This document shows, piece by piece, positions 1 to 13,800 of a DNA stretch of 64,000 nt. The stretch covers positions 87,420,001-87,484,000 of the forward strand of contig OX597816.1 of assembly GCA_951406725.2 (NCBI GenBank), written 5' to 3'. A program made the translations under genes and the position numbers. How positions within the stretch are numbered: position 1 is the first letter of the stretch; the number at the start of each line of letters is the position of its first letter. This DNA is from Octopus vulgaris (Eukaryota). The notes under the pieces were generated by a model. The model was not told the origin of the DNA. It did no database searches and saw only the letters and a list, made by a program, of their open reading frames with translations.

Positions 1-601
1 ACAAACAGCAAATTAACGGAAAAAAAAGAGGGATTTATTTTTAGGGAGAAATCACACACACACACACACACAAGACACAGATAAGCAAAAGGTCAGATCT
101 TAAAACAAAAGCAGGAAAAATCAATTATTAACCACCAATATAAATTACCACCACCACTAACCCACAACAACAATTCTTGGAAATATTTATTAATTTGTTT
201 TTTTTATTCCCATTTCGTCTTCCTTTAAAACAAAATATTAAAAAAAGAAAGTATTTATTTCTGATCAGTTGTGAATTTTCTTTTCTATTTAAATTTTAAC
301 AGTTGAAAATTAGAAGAAAAATAGTAAGCATAACTTGATAATAATGCTTATAAATATATCTTAAATTACCCCAAACCAAATTAAAAATATATATATATAT
401 ATTAAAACCCTCCCCTACTCTTCATCCCTATCCATTACAATAATCACCTGAAAATATAAATAAAATTTATATATATATATATTTATACATATATAAATAT
501 ATATATACAAATTCAAATACACACATACACATATATATATATATTAATTGCAAAGTGAGAGAAAAACCAAGGAAAACCTTGCGGATTTTCTTTTGCCAGC
601 T

Positions 602-749
602 ATGGAAAGCTGGTGTCAGCGAACATTAACATTGGGGAAGTACACTGTTACCATTTTTCTTGGATTTTTCTGCACACTACTGGTGGAACCAATTCGCTGT
701 GTGGACGAGCGGTTTTTGTGGAAACCAAACTCGGAAGTTGTAATACAAG
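602..749 (+). CDS. First coding exon of a secreted or cell-surface protein (signal peptide plus start of ectodomain); class C GPCR/mGluR-like or Ig-superfamily, unresolved
   Basis: ATG at 602 gives MESWCQRTLTLGKYTVTIFLGFFCTLLVEPIRCVDERFLWKPNSEVVIQ(G): hydrophobic core, plausible cleavage after IRC, and consensus donor AAG|GTAAGA at 749/750 (phase 1). Non-repetitive sequence. Upstream 1-601 looks like a UTR; a possible acceptor ttttcttttgccag ends at 599. Confidence 0.75.
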
Positions 750-1994
750 GTAAGAAAAAAAAAACGAAAAAACTTTTAAAAGAATTTTTTTTTTTTTTTT
801 GAAAGAAAGTATTGTACATGATGCATAGATGACAAATCTCTTTCAAAGGGGGATTGATCCTTAATAGCTCATATTCCCGTTTATATTTATTTATTCATCT
901 ACCAACCCATCACTTTCATCTGTCTGTCTATCATCTATCTGGCTAGCTAGCTAGTTAGCCATCTATGTAGCTATATAGCTGTCTGCTTGTCCGTCTATCT
1001 CATCTGTCCGTCAATTTCTCCATCTGTTAATCTACCTGGGAATTTTTCTGTCAAAATTTGTTCCTACCTCCCTTTTTCTCTCCAATGGTATATTTGTGCG
1101 CGTCTGTGCGTTTATATATATATATATATATATATATAGCTGTTGTGTGTGTATCTTTTCGTTTGTTGAACCCTTTTGATCAGTAGTTATTTGCTTAGTC
1201 CCAAGTTTGGTTCTGATTAAGGAAACTTTTTCATCTTAAGATATACTATATTTCAGACAGCATTCATTTAATCGGTTTTAAGACGGTAGGGGTCGATTTG
1301 ACGAATATTTGGCTGCTATCTCTTGCAGGGCAAACATTTTATTCATTGAAAATGCCTCGCGGGTGTTCGTAAATTTTAAGGCATTCTCTCATAATTTTGA
1401 CAATGTGTCTATTTTGTAGACTTGTCAAGACTATATCCATACATGCTGATTATATTGCTAGCAAGACAGATATTTGATTGTATGCTTGTGTGTACACACA
1501 CACACGTGTACCTGTGTGAGTGTATATATATATATATATATATATGGATTTATATATGCACACACGTGTATGTATGTGTGTAAATATATATGTATATATA
1601 CACACAAATACAGGTGTATGTGTGTGTATTTAGCAATCTCTTCTATTTTGGACTTTTTAACCGTGTTTCCTCGTCACTAAACGTCTATTTAATGTGCTCG
1701 TGCGCGCGTTTATGTGTGTGTGTATACAACTGTGTGTGCGTATGTGTGTATTCATATTATATATACTCTTGTGTATATGTGGATGTATAAGAACTAGCTG
1801 TTATTCTATGAATTCAAGTGCACCCTCCACTTTCTCTCTTTCTCTCTCATGCATACACTCACACACATCTACATATTCCAAAACGTGCAACACACGCGAG
1901 TACGCAGATAATAAAACCCGATTAAACAATCACAAACACACACTAATATTAAATGTTGTATGTGTACAAGTTATGCTGTGTACGTCTGCATGCA

Positions 1995-2175
1995 TTTATT
2001 TATTTATTTATTCATTTATTTTACATGATTTAATCGAAGGAGGAAGTGCTATACCGCTCCTGAGTTTTTGCAGGGTCTCCAAAACTGATGCGAGGAGGTC
2101 AACCTCAGAGAACTCAGACGTGAACCTAATGCTTGTTAAAGCGTGAACTTCGCTAAATGCACCACCTATGGACCA
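1995..2175 (-). mobile_element. Degenerate tRNA-headed SINE-like element with (TAAA)n tail
   Basis: Minus strand reads ggtggtgcatttagcg...ggttcacgtc (A/B-box-like) and ends in taaataaataaa; single copy in the window. Confidence 0.35.
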
Positions 2176-2481
2176 GGCGGTTGAATTTTAAGCCAGTTGC
2201 CGGATTAAATCTACTACCCATGTGTACCTAAGTGTTAATAGTACTATATCCGATATCTTGTGTATGTTTGAGCGCGGTGTATTTATACGCTTGTTCTAGA
2301 TAGCATGTGGCAGTATATCTATCAATACACGGAGTGCAGTAACATGTGTATGTGTCTACGTATATGTAGATGTATATGTCTACGTATATATATGGACGTG
2401 TGTGTGAACGGGCATGCTGTTCCAGACCTCTGCCAATGTTTGTGTATGTGCTACGTATCTATAGACCTATGTGTGAATATA

Positions 2482-2691
2482 TACTCTTTTACTTGTTTCA
2501 GTCATTTGACTGCGGCCATGCTGGAGCACCGCCTTTAGTCGAGCAAATCGACCCCGGGACTTATTCTTTGTAAGCCCAGTACTTATTCTATCGATCTCTT
2601 TTGCCGAACCGCTAAGTGACGGGGACGTAAACACACCAGCATCGGTTGTCAAGCAATGCTAGGGGGACAAACACAGACACACACACATGTC

Positions 2692-2745
<54 letters not shown>

Positions 2746-2901
2746 GACAGGCTTCTTTCAGTTTCCGTCTACCAAATCCACTCACAAGGCATTGGTCGGC
2801 CCGGGGCTATAGCAGAAGACACTAGCCCAAGATGCCACGCAGCGGGACTGAACCCGGAACCATGTGGTTGGTTAGCGAGCTACTTACCACACAGCCACTC
2901 C
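2482..2901 (-). mobile_element. SINE family B (tRNA head, internal microsatellite), full length
   Basis: Minus strand: GGAGTGGCTGTGTGGTAAG (A box) ... GGTTCAGTCCC (B box) ... internal (TA)n ... GGCGGTGCTCCAGCATGGCCGCAGTCAAATGACTGAAACAAGTAAAAGAG. More than 15 related copies in the window. Confidence 0.9.
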
Positions 2902-3039
2902 GTATATATGTATATACGTATGTGTGTGTGTGTGTGTAAAGATGTATGTAAATGTGTGTACATACACACATACATGCGTATATGAATGTGTGGTATGTTG
3001 TATGTATACGTGAATGTTTCTGCGTTTATAAGCCATTTG

Positions 3040-3125
3040 TTGTTGTTGCTGTTGTTGTTTAGCCCGAGGTTAATGCTGACCAGTTCTGATCTACGATCAC
3101 AAAGCATTCTGGCGATGACACTGCT
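3040..3125 (-). repeat. Interspersed repeat family D with (CAA)n tail (SINE or LINE 3' end)
   Basis: Motifs gctagaaatagcagccaaatctccctcaaatcacacc and ggctggaatgcctttgatc...ctggggctaaacaacaa recur at about 1190-1330, 3770-3960, 4420-4590, 7910-7970, 27090-27480, 34355-34550, 39570-39750, 41290-41462, 45300-45485, 59640-59750 and 62130-62320. Confidence 0.7.
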
Positions 3126-3529
3126 GACTTATTTTCAGACTAAGAATATCGGTCTGTCTGTCCGTCCGTCCATCTATACGCGCATGTATGTGTATATATA
3201 TATATATATAAACGGAGTGCACACGTGCGATAGTTGTGTTTAAGGAGTAAATACGCGAATTAATTACGTGTATAGAGTTCATACTTATAAAAAGTGATAC
3301 TGTGACACACTCACATACACAACGTGTCTATTTTGTACATCGTAAACTACAATATGTGTAGTGAACTGTAACTAGTTTAGACGCTAAGGTGGATGACTAA
3401 ATAGTCTGCATATACATGTACAAACTGAATGGACACTTGTTTCCTTACAACCAGACGAGGCTTAAATGTATATAGCTGGTAAACAAATTGAGTTGGTAAA
3501 CAAATCGCCTGATGTGGATGGATATATAG

Positions 3530-3661
3530 CAAGAAAGGCCGCATGATACTTGGCTCATCATCAGGTGGGCCGCACTAATATAAAACAAAAAAAAAAATTA
3601 AGGTAATTTTTCGTTGGGTGTGCTTTGCAGTAAGTCCTACACACCCGTGCCACAGTTGCCC
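3530..3661. mobile_element. hAT-type MITE fragment, same family as 13782-13920
   Basis: Shares gctcatcatcagg(t/c)gggccgcacta...gtaatttttc with 13828-13878 and ends in gttgccc, resembling a hAT TIR. Confidence 0.55.
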
Positions 3662-3668
3662 TTTAGTG

Positions 3669-3757
<89 letters not shown>

Positions 3758-4642
3758 AGTTAACATTTGTTGTTTAGCTCTTTGTGAGTTCTTTGTAATC
3801 GAGCGGAAACTATGATGAAAGAAATTTCAGTCGCGCCATCAAATTTCCTACCTAGACATTGTACATCTCGAGCTATATATACATTATCTAATGTGCCCTT
3901 CTTTTAGGAAGAGCATGTACAAATTTGGCTGCTATTTCTAATAAGCTGAACGACCCGCAATGCAGATTCACTCACAGGATTGTGATAACGTGTAGAAATA
4001 AAAATGATAGATAGATAGATAAATAGGTAGATAGATAGATAAATAGATAATAGATAGATAGACAGGTAAATTGGTAGATAGATAGATAGGTAGGTACGTA
4101 GGTAGGTAGGTAGATAGATAGATAGATAGGTAGACAGAATGACAGACAGATAGACATATTAATAAGCAGGATAGACAGACATTGGTAGTTTGCTGTTAAG
4201 TTTAATTCGTACTTGATTGAGCAGGCTTATAATAACTGAGGCACAAGGCCTGATATTTAGAGGAGAGGTTAATCGATACTATCGACTCCAATATTTGACT
4301 TGTATGTTATTTTACGTCCCCGAAAGATGAAAGGCAAAGTTGATCTCGGCGGGATTTGAACTCAAAACATAGAGAGCCGCAACATATTCTGTAAAGCATA
4401 CCGATTCTGTCAGCTGATCGACAGAGCAGGCCATATTCGTTCCTGAAGTGACAGTTTCGTCCATTTCCCCACCTCTAGTGCGTCTTGGACGATGTTATAC
4501 AGTTTGCCCATTTCTACACTTTTGAAAGATGATTGGTTGTGATTTGAGGAACATTTGGCTCATATTCCTAGCAAATTAAGCGACCACATAATTTGGCAGA
4601 GATTCTTAAAAAAGGCAGTTAAATATGAAGAATGGTGCATAG

Positions 4643-4697
<55 letters not shown>

Positions 4698-4719
4698 CAT
4701 ACATACATACATACATATC

Positions 4720-4903
4720 CTCGCCTTTCATATTTTTTTTTCTCTCGCTTTTTTTTATTCCACTCCACACTGTATTCTGAAGAAGTAAAATGTCCGAAAC
4801 GCTATCGCATCTCTTCTCATTTCTCTGAGCGATAAACTGATTTTGTTTGCTAACTTATCCGCCTTACTTTTTATCTTTCTGTTCTTTTCCACACATGATC
4901 ACA

Positions 4904-4905
<2 letters not shown>
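4720..4905 (+). mobile_element. Penelope-like 3' fragment in a TA/TACA microsatellite, with hammerhead-like core
   Basis: Flanked by microsatellites on both sides; CTGAAGA at 4777-4783, GAAAC at 4796-4800, then tgagcg as in the related copies at 13257, 17258 and 32619. Confidence 0.55.
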
Positions 4906-4954
<49 letters not shown>

Positions 4955-5948
4955 TGTATGATGTATGTATACGTACATATATATATATTCATACATGTAT
5001 ATGTATGTTTATATATCTGTGTGTGTGTACATATAGATACAAACAAATAAAAACAACAGTATGTATACACACATACACACACACATATATGCCATAATAA
5101 AGACAGGCAGCATGAGGAGTGAATATATTTATTTAATCACTTTTCATCCTTAGGTTTACGGCCGTTTCACAGCCTTCATCATGTAATAATAATTTCAGTG
5201 TATAATAGACAGTTTTAGTCAACTATATGCATACATACAGACAGACAAATAAAATGAAATAGGAACTCTTTCCCTAACCATCTAACTAGCACAATTCTGC
5301 ACACAGACACAACACACAATATTGTATAAGCTTTTTGCATTGGAGAACCTTAGGAACCTTACTATGTTGGTGAAACTCCTTGCCCATCTTTCAAACAGAG
5401 ATATGCACGCACGCACGCACACACGTACATCCATTGATGATGCTAAATTCCTGGCTGGCTTGTGCAGCCGGTTGGCTGTTGTATATGCCTGTATGTGTTT
5501 CGCATTTTGTTATATGTGTGTTGCATTAGATATATATTAGGGGATAATATTACGAGCATATGTGTGTGCTCCCCTATGAGAATGAGGAAGTGTGTACGTG
5601 TGGTATAAATATTGTGCGTGTAACCCAAACGTGTTTGTAGACTTTATTTGTGCATGCATGTATGTATGTAAACGAAAATATGGGTGTATGTGAGGACTGT
5701 ACGTGTGTATAGCTTGCTTATATACACTTATGCAGGTAATTTGTAAAGCGTATATTTGTGCGTGCGCATGTTAAGATTGAGAGTGCATATGCAGTCTCGT
5801 CTATGTATACACTAAAGGCGTGGGTGTTTGTATACATGTGCGGATTATGTGTGTATAGTTTTGTAGTAAGTATGTACACTGCACGCGCACTTGTATACAA
5901 GTGATATTGATATGTCTACAAAAATATGAATATGTGTGAGTTCGTATA

Positions 5949-5982
<34 letters not shown>

Positions 5983-6017
5983 ATGTATATATTTATATAT
6001 ATATAAAGGAATGTGTG

Positions 6018-6060
<43 letters not shown>

Positions 6061-6498
6061 TTATCTATCTAAAGCGGAGGTAAAGGACATGGATATGCAC
6101 ATAAAAAACAGTATATACATAAGCCTATACACTCAAGCATTAACACACACTCGCAATTGAAGTTAAACGTTCGATCACCGCATATACACATGCGTATGTG
6201 TATATACCTGCCCGCGTGTATATATCGCTCTCTGTGTATGTATGAATATATATATATATATATATATTCACAGGCATATATGGTTAACTAATGCGCTTTG
6301 ATTGTTTGGTTCGATTCCACTGCACGGCATGGCCTGAGCAAATTGTGTTGTTTGTATACCGTACTAAAGTGGTGTAGCGGTCAGAGTAATGAAGAGACAG
6401 ATTAAGTATGTACCTACCAGACAGAAATAATTACTGCGGTTGATTTTTGATCGACTAAAATGTTTGGCCGCAGTGCAATAACTGAAACCAACTATACA

Positions 6499-6530
<32 letters not shown>

Positions 6531-6582
6531 CGTATAAGTGATTGATAATGATAGGATACAGAGCTGTCTGTCTATCTGTCTT

Positions 6583-6619
<37 letters not shown>

Positions 6620-7093
6620 GCATTAAAAGTACAGACGACCAAAATAATCACGCTTCTTTTATGTGTTGGGCAGTTTTACCACATTCGTTGATCTGCGGCC
6701 AAGACTAGCGTTTTGCATGTATGTGACGGATACCACGGGGAATAACCATTCCAACGCACGCACACTTACACACATTCACTACACCTAATCATATTTTGTA
6801 CCATAACTTCAATCAACACCGTGATAGTAACATATATATATAGAGCACATGCATTGATTATCTATCTGTCTGTCTGTCTATCTATAATCATGTATATATG
6901 TATTTATTTATGTAAAGCATGTGAAATACGCATGCATATACACATAAGTGCATACATACACATATACACAGATAATTGTGTATGTGTATCATAAAAAGCT
7001 TAAATGTATGTGTAGTGCGCGTGCATGAACGCAGACATGATTGTACATATATATACATACATATATATATACATACATATATATATACATACA

Positions 7094-7125
<32 letters not shown>

Positions 7126-7257
7126 GATACATATATATTAAGAAGGTCGCTCTCAACTTCGCGATTCAGGGCTCGATTCTCCTTTGCACAGCACCTTGAG
7201 TTGGTGCATACTACCACTAGCTTGTGAGTGGAATTTGACAAGTGGAAAATGTTCTGA

Positions 7258-7390
7258 AGCTGTGTAGCATGAAAGTTTGTTTCCTTGCCACATGTTTCCG
7301 GGTTCAATTCCACTGCGTGGCACCTTGGGCACCTGACTTCTACTATCCCCACGAACCGCCCAACGCCTTGTGAGTGGATTTAGTAGCTCG

Positions 7391-7444
<54 letters not shown>

Positions 7445-7603
7445 TTCTGTCTGCGTTTATCCCCCACAACGGTTGACAACCAGTGTTAGTGTGTTTGCAA
7501 CAACGTGATCTAGTGATTCGGCAAAAGATGATCGATAGAATAAAAAGTATTGGGCGTGATTTGTTCGACTAAAATACTTCAAGGCGGTGCCCCAGCTTGA
7601 CCT
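7258..7603 (+). mobile_element. SINE family B copy
   Basis: gctgtgtagc...ccgggttcaattccactgcgtggcaccttgggc...(TA)n(TG)n...aaggcggtgccccagc. Confidence 0.8.
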
Positions 7604-8009
7604 TTTCGGTTGCTGATTAAATGTATGTATGCGTGCATTTTAAATGATTTGGCCTACCATTTCGATTTTCTTAAAAAAAGTTTTATCCATTCAATAACTT
7701 ATTTATTTTACTTCTTCGATCACAGAAAGAGAGACATTTCGATTTAAAGAGTTTTCAACCTTCCGATTTAGCGATACTTATGTTTCTTCGCCACTCTCAA
7801 CATCGTCAACGTTTTCATGGAGCCTTTAACATAGAATAGAACCATCCATCCATAGATACATACATGCATACATAACACCCGTATTATTGAACTAGGTTCA
7901 AACAGAAAGCCTCTATGTAACCGCTTGAAATAGCAGTCAACTGTCTCTTAAATTCACACCCTACTGCTCCAGAAACGGGAGGTGTGCGTATTCTTTATCT
8001 CCCCGCTCC

Positions 8010-8043
<34 letters not shown>

Positions 8044-8149
8044 AAACCAGAATGCTTAACGGCTTTCTGTGTTCAAATTCTGCCTAGCTCAAGTTTACCT
8101 TTCATCCGTTCAGAGTCGATAATAAAATAATTACCAATTGAATACAGGG

Positions 8150-8173
8150 GTATATAATATATATATATATACA

Positions 8174-8205
<32 letters not shown>

Positions 8206-8207
8206 CA

Positions 8208-8287
<80 letters not shown>

Positions 8288-8302
8288 CCTACATATATTC
8301 AT

Positions 8303-8333
<31 letters not shown>

Positions 8334-8512
8334 CATACATAGATACATATATATATGTACACATATATACATACATATATACATATACACACATGCATAT
8401 ATATACATATATATACATGCATACATATATATATACATATATATACATACATATATTTATATATACATATATATATATACATGCATATATATACACCCAT
8501 CTATATACATGC

Positions 8513-8545
<33 letters not shown>

Positions 8546-8590
8546 ATATATATATATATATATACATATGTATTTGTGTGTGTGTGTGTA
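8150..8590. repeat. Compound (TA)n/(TACA)n/(TG)n microsatellite
   Basis: About 440 bp of almost pure purine-pyrimidine alternation; source of the many YI-repeat ORFs. Confidence 0.95.
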
Positions 8591-9380
8591 TGACACGTTA
8601 CTAAATAATAAAAAAAAAAGACAGGGTGGTCACTGCCAGAACATATTTCTTCATAGGTCTACTACCAAAGTCTGTAAGACCAGCCAACAAGTGTGTATAT
8701 ACCATCCCGACTAGCCACTAACCGATACAACAGCTGCAGCAACAACATATAATAATACAATTGCACGTTAATACGGTAACAGCTCGAGACAATAACAATT
8801 ATATATAAAAACGGTATCAAATTGATAACATCCGGTCGATGCCGCTTAATGTTCATATAACGGTGTCGTTTGTTTATTGTATTTACTTACGTTCAAGCAG
8901 AGGAAAAACTTGCTGAATGTATGTGTGTGTGTGTGTGTGTAAATGGATTATATGCAAATGCATAGTTACAGGTATGTGTTTACGTACGTACGTGCGTGTG
9001 TGTGTGTATGTATATATGTATCTACATTTATATGTATATACATTGTGTGTATATGAAGGTGGTATTCGAGGTACGGCCTTGGGTCCAGATAAAACAAATT
9101 CTACACACATCTCTCTCTACCTCTGTCTATCTATCTATCTATCTGTCTATCTAATTTTTTTGCCCTCTATATATATGAGATATAGCTATATTCAATAAAT
9201 ATATCTACATGCATTATATACACATCATATACATTATATATATCTATATACACACACATATATATATAATTATATATCTATATCTATCTATCTATCTATC
9301 TATATATATACATACATTAAATATATATATATACATACATACATTATATATATTCATATACACATTATATATACATCAAG

Positions 9381-9420
<40 letters not shown>

Positions 9421-10871
9421 ATGACATTTACAAATTCGACCTATATCAAAAATTCTTAACCGTTAACGTTTCACACTCACATAATAATCTCGCGCACACA
9501 CACACACACACACAAGCGCGCGAATGTGTGTGTGTGTGTGTGTTTACTTCGCAATCTCTGAATATCTTGCTCATCCGTTTGTCTTACATATCCCGTTTAT
9601 CCGTCTGCCTAACCTACAGACTAATCTATATCTACCCGTCTATAATTATCAATATCGATCAATAGTAAAAACCTGTCTATTTATATCTGACTATTTATAT
9701 CTACCTATCTATATTTATATTGAGCGCGGTTGATTGGCGGAGGTTGGAGAGAACATGCTTTGTATTATTTGGCTCCACCGTTTTACGTTACCGAGTTCAA
9801 ATCCCGCCGAGGACAATTTTGCTTCTGCTGTTTCTTCTTTGCGTTGATAAGATAGTTTCAATCAAGTTGTGGAATTGATTCATTTCCCTCAGCTCAGTAT
9901 CAAACGCGGCATTGTAAGACGAACACGAGATGGAAGCACTACTGATTGTGTTATTTTCCTCTGAGACCACCACACATCATTCCATTTGGTCAAAGAATCG
10001 TCGCCGATGATGATGAACATGGTGATAATATTTAGCACTAGTTTCCTGTCTTCTACATCTATATCTAAGTTAGATACGATGCCTTTAGATTTGAATAAAG
10101 TATCTGTCTATTTGTCATCTATCTATCTATCTATCTATCTATCTATTTGTCTATGTGTATCGATTTTCCTCTATTTATCTATCTCACAGCATTTCTCTTT
10201 TATGTCGATCAATCAATAATTCTTCATAAAGGTCCGCACTGAACTATTCTCGTACACAAACAAACACTCACACACATTTACCTGTATACACAAAAATATA
10301 TTATTGGGTTCGAGTCCCAGTGGACGCTCGCATTTCTATTCTTTTTCCACACATTCTTTATATTTGCACAAATGCTCTGTGTAAATGTAAACATTGTATT
10401 CCCCGTTCGATCTTAGGGAAATCATCAAAAAATTTGGTTCAAACATAAGCTACGGTTATCTCATGCAATGGAGAGATAACGCTAAATTGTAAGCTTGGGA
10501 AAACGTAGAATATTTATATGATGCATGTATAATACATATGATATATATATATATACATACTTGCATACGTATTGCATATACGCATACTTGTTGCATATAT
10601 ACATACTTGTTCGCGCGCGTGCACATGCGAGCGCGAGCACACACACACTTATATATATATATGTATATATATGCATATACATACACATATGCATACATAC
10701 TTGTTGCAAATATCAAATAATCCCACACTATAGAGAGGGACTTAAGTATATATATTATATACCGTGTACACGTATGCTAGGTGTTGAGGTATTTCTTTGC
10801 TGTCTAATGACCATACACGCTTTATAGTTTCCATCGTATTTCATATAAATACATTTATATATTTTATACTT

Positions 10872-10909
<38 letters not shown>

Positions 10910-11696
10910 AAATATAAAATATTTATCATATATATGATTAATATTTATCATGTATGTATATATGATTCATATTATTATATATATGTGAATATATAAAGAG
11001 ATTTCCAGACACTCGCAAAACCATCATTTTCTAGGACGGACATAATAAAATGTATAAATTGCTTCAGTTAACGGAATCAAGAATACTCATAATTGGTTGA
11101 GCAAAAGATAAGAACATAAATAAATATATATAAACCAATTGATTTGACTTGAACCAAAGTACAAACTGAACTGGTAAAATAACTTGTAAATAGAGTAGAT
11201 GCTGGTGCATTTTGTCACAAGGCTACAACATATTACTTGGTTGGTACATACTGCATGTGTCCTCCCCACATTGCGTATGAAGTGGATGAGAAGCAAGTGA
11301 AATCCCGTAGGATTTGAACTCATAAATAAATAGTTGATATTTGGATTAATTTTTTTTGACGTTGTAAATTGCTGTACTAGTCATTGTTCCCCGAACACAC
11401 ACACACACAGACAATAAGGTGCGGGGTTCAGGGAATCGTGCGGCTAACACAGAAAGCTCTTCTTACGGAATCGGCTAGCAGTCCACAATTACCAAAAAAA
11501 GTGTAATGTTGTGTTAATTAATGCAAACATGTACGTATGATTTCTTCCAAAAAGAAATTAATGGTGTATGTGGGTTGCGAAACGGCCGTAATCTTATTGA
11601 CATCATGGGGTTGAATAGATATATATATATTCACCTCATAGCTCCGGATTTTATGGTTTTACATATATCGTGGATGTAATGCCCTAACCACAAGGC

Positions 11697-11729
<33 letters not shown>

Positions 11730-12544
11730 CACAGCTTCAGCAAATCAGCTGAATGACGAAATAGATGAGCATGCGTGGAAACCTTTTTGTTCACTCAATT
11801 GTTTTCTGCTGAACGAGTTAAAATAACCATATAGTAGTAATGATAATAATAATAATATGGTACAGGGTGGGGGTAACAAAGGAACATACGGTAAAAGAAA
11901 AAGAAACCTCAGAGGATGATGAACATGAACATGCTTAAACCCTCATCAGTTGTCGATCAAATATCATCGCAATTTCGACTCCTCTTGATAATATTATTCA
12001 ATTTGGCAGTGTCAGTAACATAAGCTGTTGGGTATATATAAATCAGAGGAGATAATGGACGGACACAAACGGATAAAAAATAATAAGGGTACAATTGCTT
12101 GAATACTTGCGCATTCCAGACCGAACGGGAAATGGACGAATTACACACACACACACCAGCGGCAGCTCTTGGTACGTGATTATTGCAGGCGATTTTAAAA
12201 ATGAAAGCCATGTAATAGAAGTACGGTGCATAAATCATGTACATATCAGGTTTCCAACTGTGTCTCATAAACATGAAAAGTTTATATTCAAAATCTGCTT
12301 CATTTGCATTCACGCATACATACATATATGGGGTTGGCACTATGTGTGTGTGCTCGCGTATATATGTGTGCGTGTATATATATATAAATGTATATATATA
12401 TATATAAACGCCACATACATATATATATATAAACGCCACATACATATATATGTATACATAAATAAATAAACGAAAGTACGTACGTACATATTACCAGGTT
12501 AAAATTAGTACGCAGTACCAGAAGGAGAATATGATGATTCTAAC

Positions 12545-12678
12545 AGGTGGTACATTACATCTGGTTATTCAAATTTCACATTTCCTATCGTCAGATTGGA
12601 TATAAAGTATTTTCATACCAGTCTGATGATAGGAAACTTGAAATTAGCTATAACCTGATGTGAAGTGCCGACCGGAGT
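12545..12678. repeat. Imperfect palindrome/hairpin, probably Penelope-derived
   Basis: aatttcacatttcctatcgtcagattgg pairs with ccagtctgatgataggaaacttgaaatt; outer arms acatctggttat / ataacctgatgt. Confidence 0.8.
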
Positions 12679-13256
12679 AAACATTCTTATATATATATAA
12701 ATATATAATACGTACATACATATACACTAAAGTGTACTTCTATACGCGCACGTATTCGAAGTAGGCTATACGGAAGGGTAAAACACATACACACACACAG
12801 ACAAATCGACTCTGAAAGGATTTCAGCCTACAGAAAGCTTCGTTAATTATGTTTCGTCTGACTTTGGGAGAGTACAGCCGGTTTACTCCAACTGGTTCTT
12901 TGCTTTGGTACTTTATTTTATCGGCCAGGAAGGATAAAAAGGCAAACCTGATCATCGCATAATTAAATACTTTTACGTTATCTTCTACGGTACTGCAATG
13001 ATTCTGCTCCTCTACATTTTCCCCTTGCAATCTCACATACTCTACCTTCCACTCTCACTCTTTCTATTGTATTAGCTGCGTTGTTGCTTTCGCTATTCCC
13101 GAGTCAGACCTGAATAGAAAAAGGATCGAGGACGTTCTAGTTATGACCATCTCATCTTTCTTCGATTTACTTGGACTGTCTTTTAAGACAATAGGGTATG
13201 ATATATACGCTGAAATTATGCTAAAAATAATAGGTTAAATGTATATATATATAAAG

Positions 13257-13405
13257 GGAAAGTTTACGAAAATAAACAAAAGACGAAGGCAGGTGGAGTA
13301 CAAACAAACAAATGTATTAGTATAGCGCTCAGGAATAGAAAAAAGTCTTTTACGTTTCTACGCTCTTCTACAGAAAGGGACACAGAAAAAAAAAAACAAG
13401 GAGAG
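13257..13405 (-). mobile_element. Penelope-like 3' fragment abutting (TA)n
   Basis: Near-identical to 17258-17420 (acaaaagacgaag(g/a)caggtgg...gtattagtata...gtcttttacgtttc). Confidence 0.65.
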
Positions 13406-13800
13406 ATTGCCCACGCCTGGACTAAAACCCTTCAAGGCAATGCTCCAGAATGACCGTAGTTCAATCATTCAAACGAGAAAAAGAATAAATGAACTTATAT
13501 ATATACATACTTACGTACTTATATATGTACTTATATATATACATACGTATGTACTTATGTATATATATATATAGTAAATGCACAGACGAGCCGTAATTCT
13601 TCATCAGTTATCAACCAGATGGTATTGCTCAGTTTCGCACCATTAAAGATAAGACTGAGATGCTTCCCATATATATATATATATATATATATGATGTGTA
13701 TGTTTGTGTTCATTTATACTTTTTCTCGTTTGAATGATTGAACTATGGTCATTCTGGAGCACTGCCTTGAAGGGTTTTAGTCCAGGCGTGGGCAATCTCT
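13402..13800. repeat. 93-bp inverted repeat (13402-13494 and 13708-13800)
   Basis: The arms are reverse complements with 3 mismatches, separated by a 213-bp spacer. Confidence 0.95.

Noticed and set aside
548-601. Upstream extension of ORF 548-802
   Set aside because: Starts at TTG; ATG 602 begins the signal peptide, and the tail after 749 is intronic poly-A/T.
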